Assembly: GCF_001194135.2 (NCBI RefSeq)
Contig: NC_068994.1
Location: 21,235,529-21,272,346, forward strand
DNA length: 36,818 nt
Reading direction: 5' to 3'
From: Octopus bimaculoides
Lineage: Eukaryota
The notes beneath the pieces are model-generated. The model made no database searches. It saw only the letters and a list, made by a program, of their open reading frames with translations, and had not been told where the DNA came from. The position numbers and the translations under genes were made by a program. Below are positions 34,252 to 36,818 of the stretch, piece after piece; the stretch's first letter is position 1; every line of letters starts with the position of its first letter.

Positions 34252-34679
34252 TATCTATGCATATGTATATATAATGTGTGTGTGCATGTATAGTTTACAG
34301 ATCCAATAGAGGTAGAATCAACAAAAAAAGTACTCCATCCAGTGAGAGATAAATATCAATTTAAATACACAACCGAAAGAGCTACTAATAGTTTCATACT
34401 TTTATGATGCATGAACAGGCATATTTATAAAATAAGCCATGTATCTTAAAGCAATCTTTCAGGCTCTGTTTATGCATTATATATATTTTAAAAAACAAGG
34501 ATGCTGGACAGTAAGAAAATGTGAAGGTTGGTGCAAAAAATGGAATGAGAAAAAAGAAAGAAAATCAAGAAAACTAAGATCCTCGTCCTCCCTGTTTGCA
34601 GAAAGTTCATTAAATACAACTGATATAGAACAAAATAATAGATTTATAGTTTGCAGAATTCAACAACATAATTACAAAC

Positions 34680-34710
34680 CGTTGTGAAGAAGTTTACATA
34701 GCCATTTGAC
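34680..34710 (-). CDS. Putative 31-bp exon 3 of the uncharacterised gene (VKWLCKLLHN)
   Basis: tttctagcag acceptor and a weaker g|gtttgt donor; phase 0 to 1 bridges exons 2 and 4. Confidence 0.35.
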
Positions 34711-34955
34711 CTGCTAGAAACAGCTTAATCTCTTTCAAAACACACCCTAGCATCTTAAAAAAAAAAAAGCACATATTGGATAATGTAGTTTGAGATAGAA
34801 TATGTTTGAAAAAATAAGGCAGTCATGTCAAGAATTTGTTTGGTCAGATTTGTGCTCAATTGGAGCTGACCTGGATTAAACCTGGCATTTTGGGTGCCTT
34901 TAGCAGAGTCCACTCTGTTGCAAGCATTCAGGCCAGGTCTCTGGTTTGAGCTTAC

Positions 34956-35014
34956 CTTCCTCCCACCAGTTTCAGAGGTCCTGTGAAGAAACATGAGCAC
35001 ATCTTCTCCCCTGA
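34956..35014 (-). CDS. Putative exon 2 of the uncharacterised gene (IRGEDVLMFLHRTSETGGRK)
   Basis: Very strong acceptor (T)10atag and donor aag|gtaagc; phase 1 to 0. Confidence 0.5.
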
Positions 35015-35499
35015 CTATAAAAAAAAAAGCAAACATTTTCATTTTCCCAAAATCAGTGACCAAAAACCACACAAGGACAATAGAGACACAAAACACAATA
35101 TGTACACCTTTCATAAACATCATGATCTTAACTGTTTCTTTCTTTCAGACACCAAAGTAAGAATGGAGGGCTCCAAGAAGGCCTCTATGTAGTCACTTGG
35201 CCTGCAAGAAATAGCCAAATATCCTTCAAAGCACACTGTCTTAAAAAAAAAATGACACACTGGATAGGATAATCCTAGATACGCACATATGGATGAGATG
35301 GTCATAGGTGGAATGCTTTTGATCATAGATTTACTCAGTCAGGCAAACAACAACAGCACACCCAAAATTCCACAATCTGGAAATGAGTTAAAATTTTAAC
35401 AATTCTAAAATGAAACCATCACACAAACACATCGTCTTCCTATGAACACCCTCAAAATTCCTACAAAGAGTCATTTTTGGTACTATAAACTTCACTTTC

Positions 35500-35750
35500 A
35501 TCATAATCATCATCAATATTTAATGTCTGCTTTCCATGCTGGCATGGGTTGGACGGCTTGACAGGAACTGGTAAAGCCAAGGATCGTACCCAGTTCCATA
35601 GTCTGTATGACTGAATGCCCCTATGTGGCACCATTACCAGTGCTTTTTGCATGGCACCAGCACCCACAATGCTATTTACATGGTACCTTGGTTTTTGGAT
35701 ATCAATTCTGTTGTGGGGGGGGGGGGGCAAGTCTTCTTGAGTACAGCATA
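35500..35750 (-). mobile_element. RTE-LINE 3' UTR/SINE copy
   Basis: catcatcaatatttaatgtctgctttccatgctggcatgggttggacgg... Confidence 0.8.
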
Positions 35751-36055
35751 GATCCATTCAAACCATCACACTGCTAACAAACTTCACACTAAAGAAGAAA
35801 AAAGAAATGTATAGCAGCTTCAACAATGAATCACATGTTCCATTTTAACTACATTAGCAAAGTGTTTAACTCCATTATTCACTACTCAATTAAAAAAAAA
35901 AAAATAATATTAAACACCTCCTTAAGACATTCAGGAGTTCTATGAGATTGTTTAATTTTTTAGAAGCAACAATAAAATCTCCTTCAAGCAGGCTGTCCTC
36001 TTTTATAGGTCTTCACTGGAAATCTTGTGAAACTAGTGTATATTACAAATCATAC

Positions 36056-36131
36056 TCAGTGAGTCATTGTGGAACACATCAAGTCTGAACATGACATTCT
36101 TTGTCACTCTTCTGTTCCCAGAGTTATACAT
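36056..36131 (-). CDS. Putative first coding portion of the uncharacterised gene (MYNSGNRRVTKNVMFRLDVFHNDSL); the exon probably starts at acceptor 36222
   Basis: ATG at 36131 and donor a|gtatga at 36055; phase 1 matches exon 34956-35014. The start codon is uncertain. Confidence 0.35.
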
Positions 36132-36379
36132 GGGTTTGACAATACTGTTTTGAACAACGTCAATACCTGTGAATGACTGAGGACCTTGATAAAAGTTCGA
36201 TGACTGTGAGGAGTAGAATATTCTGATTAAAGAAGATAGAGAAATTGTGATTGTTTTACTGCAAGCTGTTATTTTCTTGTGTGCATTTGTCAAAAGTGAC
36301 TACAATTTCTTTATTTTCCTCACTCTCAGACAAAGAGCAAGAGTTGGAACGTTAGAATATTTTACGCAATCGTGTGATT

Positions 36380-36800
36380 CTTCTGGATAACACACCCTAA
36401 ATTATTGATCCCTCGCTAGCAAGAGAAACGGAATCGAAAACTGTAAATTATTTCATTCGACGTCCTACACATTTCCCCCATATCAATAAAGGAAATTCCA
36501 ATAAGAAAATAAAAATAGAATAATCAGACGTATCCGCGCTAAGACCCTGTCTGACAATGGTCACAATCAATGTGACTGCAGTCAGATAGCAAAACAAATC
36601 AGAGCAAACTAGGAAAAGAGGAAAATGACTGAAAACCTGGAACCTGTATCTGCAGATTTGTATCGTCGTCGCGTCCAGAATGGCGATCTTCGTAAACTTT
36701 CTGGGGTTGATTGGAGTCGAGGTAAATAATTTTGACTTTTCCTCGACATCATTATTTCTTCTTCGTAACTGTAAACCTAACGTTCACACATTAACACCAT
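36380..36800. promoter_or_regulatory. CpG-enriched, probably bidirectional promoter region
   Basis: Marked rise in CpG relative to flanks, a CCAAT on the minus strand at about 36709-36714, and divergent exon candidates on both sides. Confidence 0.45.
36625..36721 (+). CDS. Probable first coding exon of a gene continuing beyond the window (MTENLEPVSADLYRRRVQNGDLRKLSGVDWSR)
   Basis: aaaATG in good context, 32 open codons and a donor g|gtaaat followed by T-rich intron-like sequence. Product not recognised. Confidence 0.55.
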
Positions 36801-36818
36801 TATATATATATATATATA

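Overview
This is AT-rich, microsatellite-dense eukaryotic genomic DNA from a gapped draft scaffold with six N-runs. The repeat families match what I recall of Octopus SINEs and RTE LINEs, so a coleoid cephalopod is the likely source (inference). The window holds: (1) the last four coding exons of COX15 (heme A synthase, + strand, 383-7934); (2) an apparently complete five-exon CDS for a 314-aa C10orf88/PAAT-like protein (+, 20570-25484); (3) a phase-consistent chain of small minus-strand exons (36131 to 30341) encoding a protein I do not recognise, head-to-head with (4) the probable first coding exon of another + strand gene at 36625. The rest is mostly transposon debris. It includes an internally deleted Dong/R4-type restriction-endonuclease LINE beside a (TAA)n repeat in the last COX15 intron, a second R4/Dong RT fragment, and several RTE LINE pieces, one of them 5'-inverted. 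It also includes a DD37D (maT) element, a full-length DD37E (TRT) Tc1/mariner element with both TIRs, two fold-back/MITE-like inverted repeats and many SINEs. I found no rRNA, genuine tRNA or CRISPR array. I cannot demonstrate a wholly new biological system. The best leads are the unrecognised minus-strand gene with a duplicated donor site, the RT-less Dong/R4 element, the TRT element and the 153-bp near-perfect hairpin. All identifications come from reading and recalled family motifs; no searches were run.
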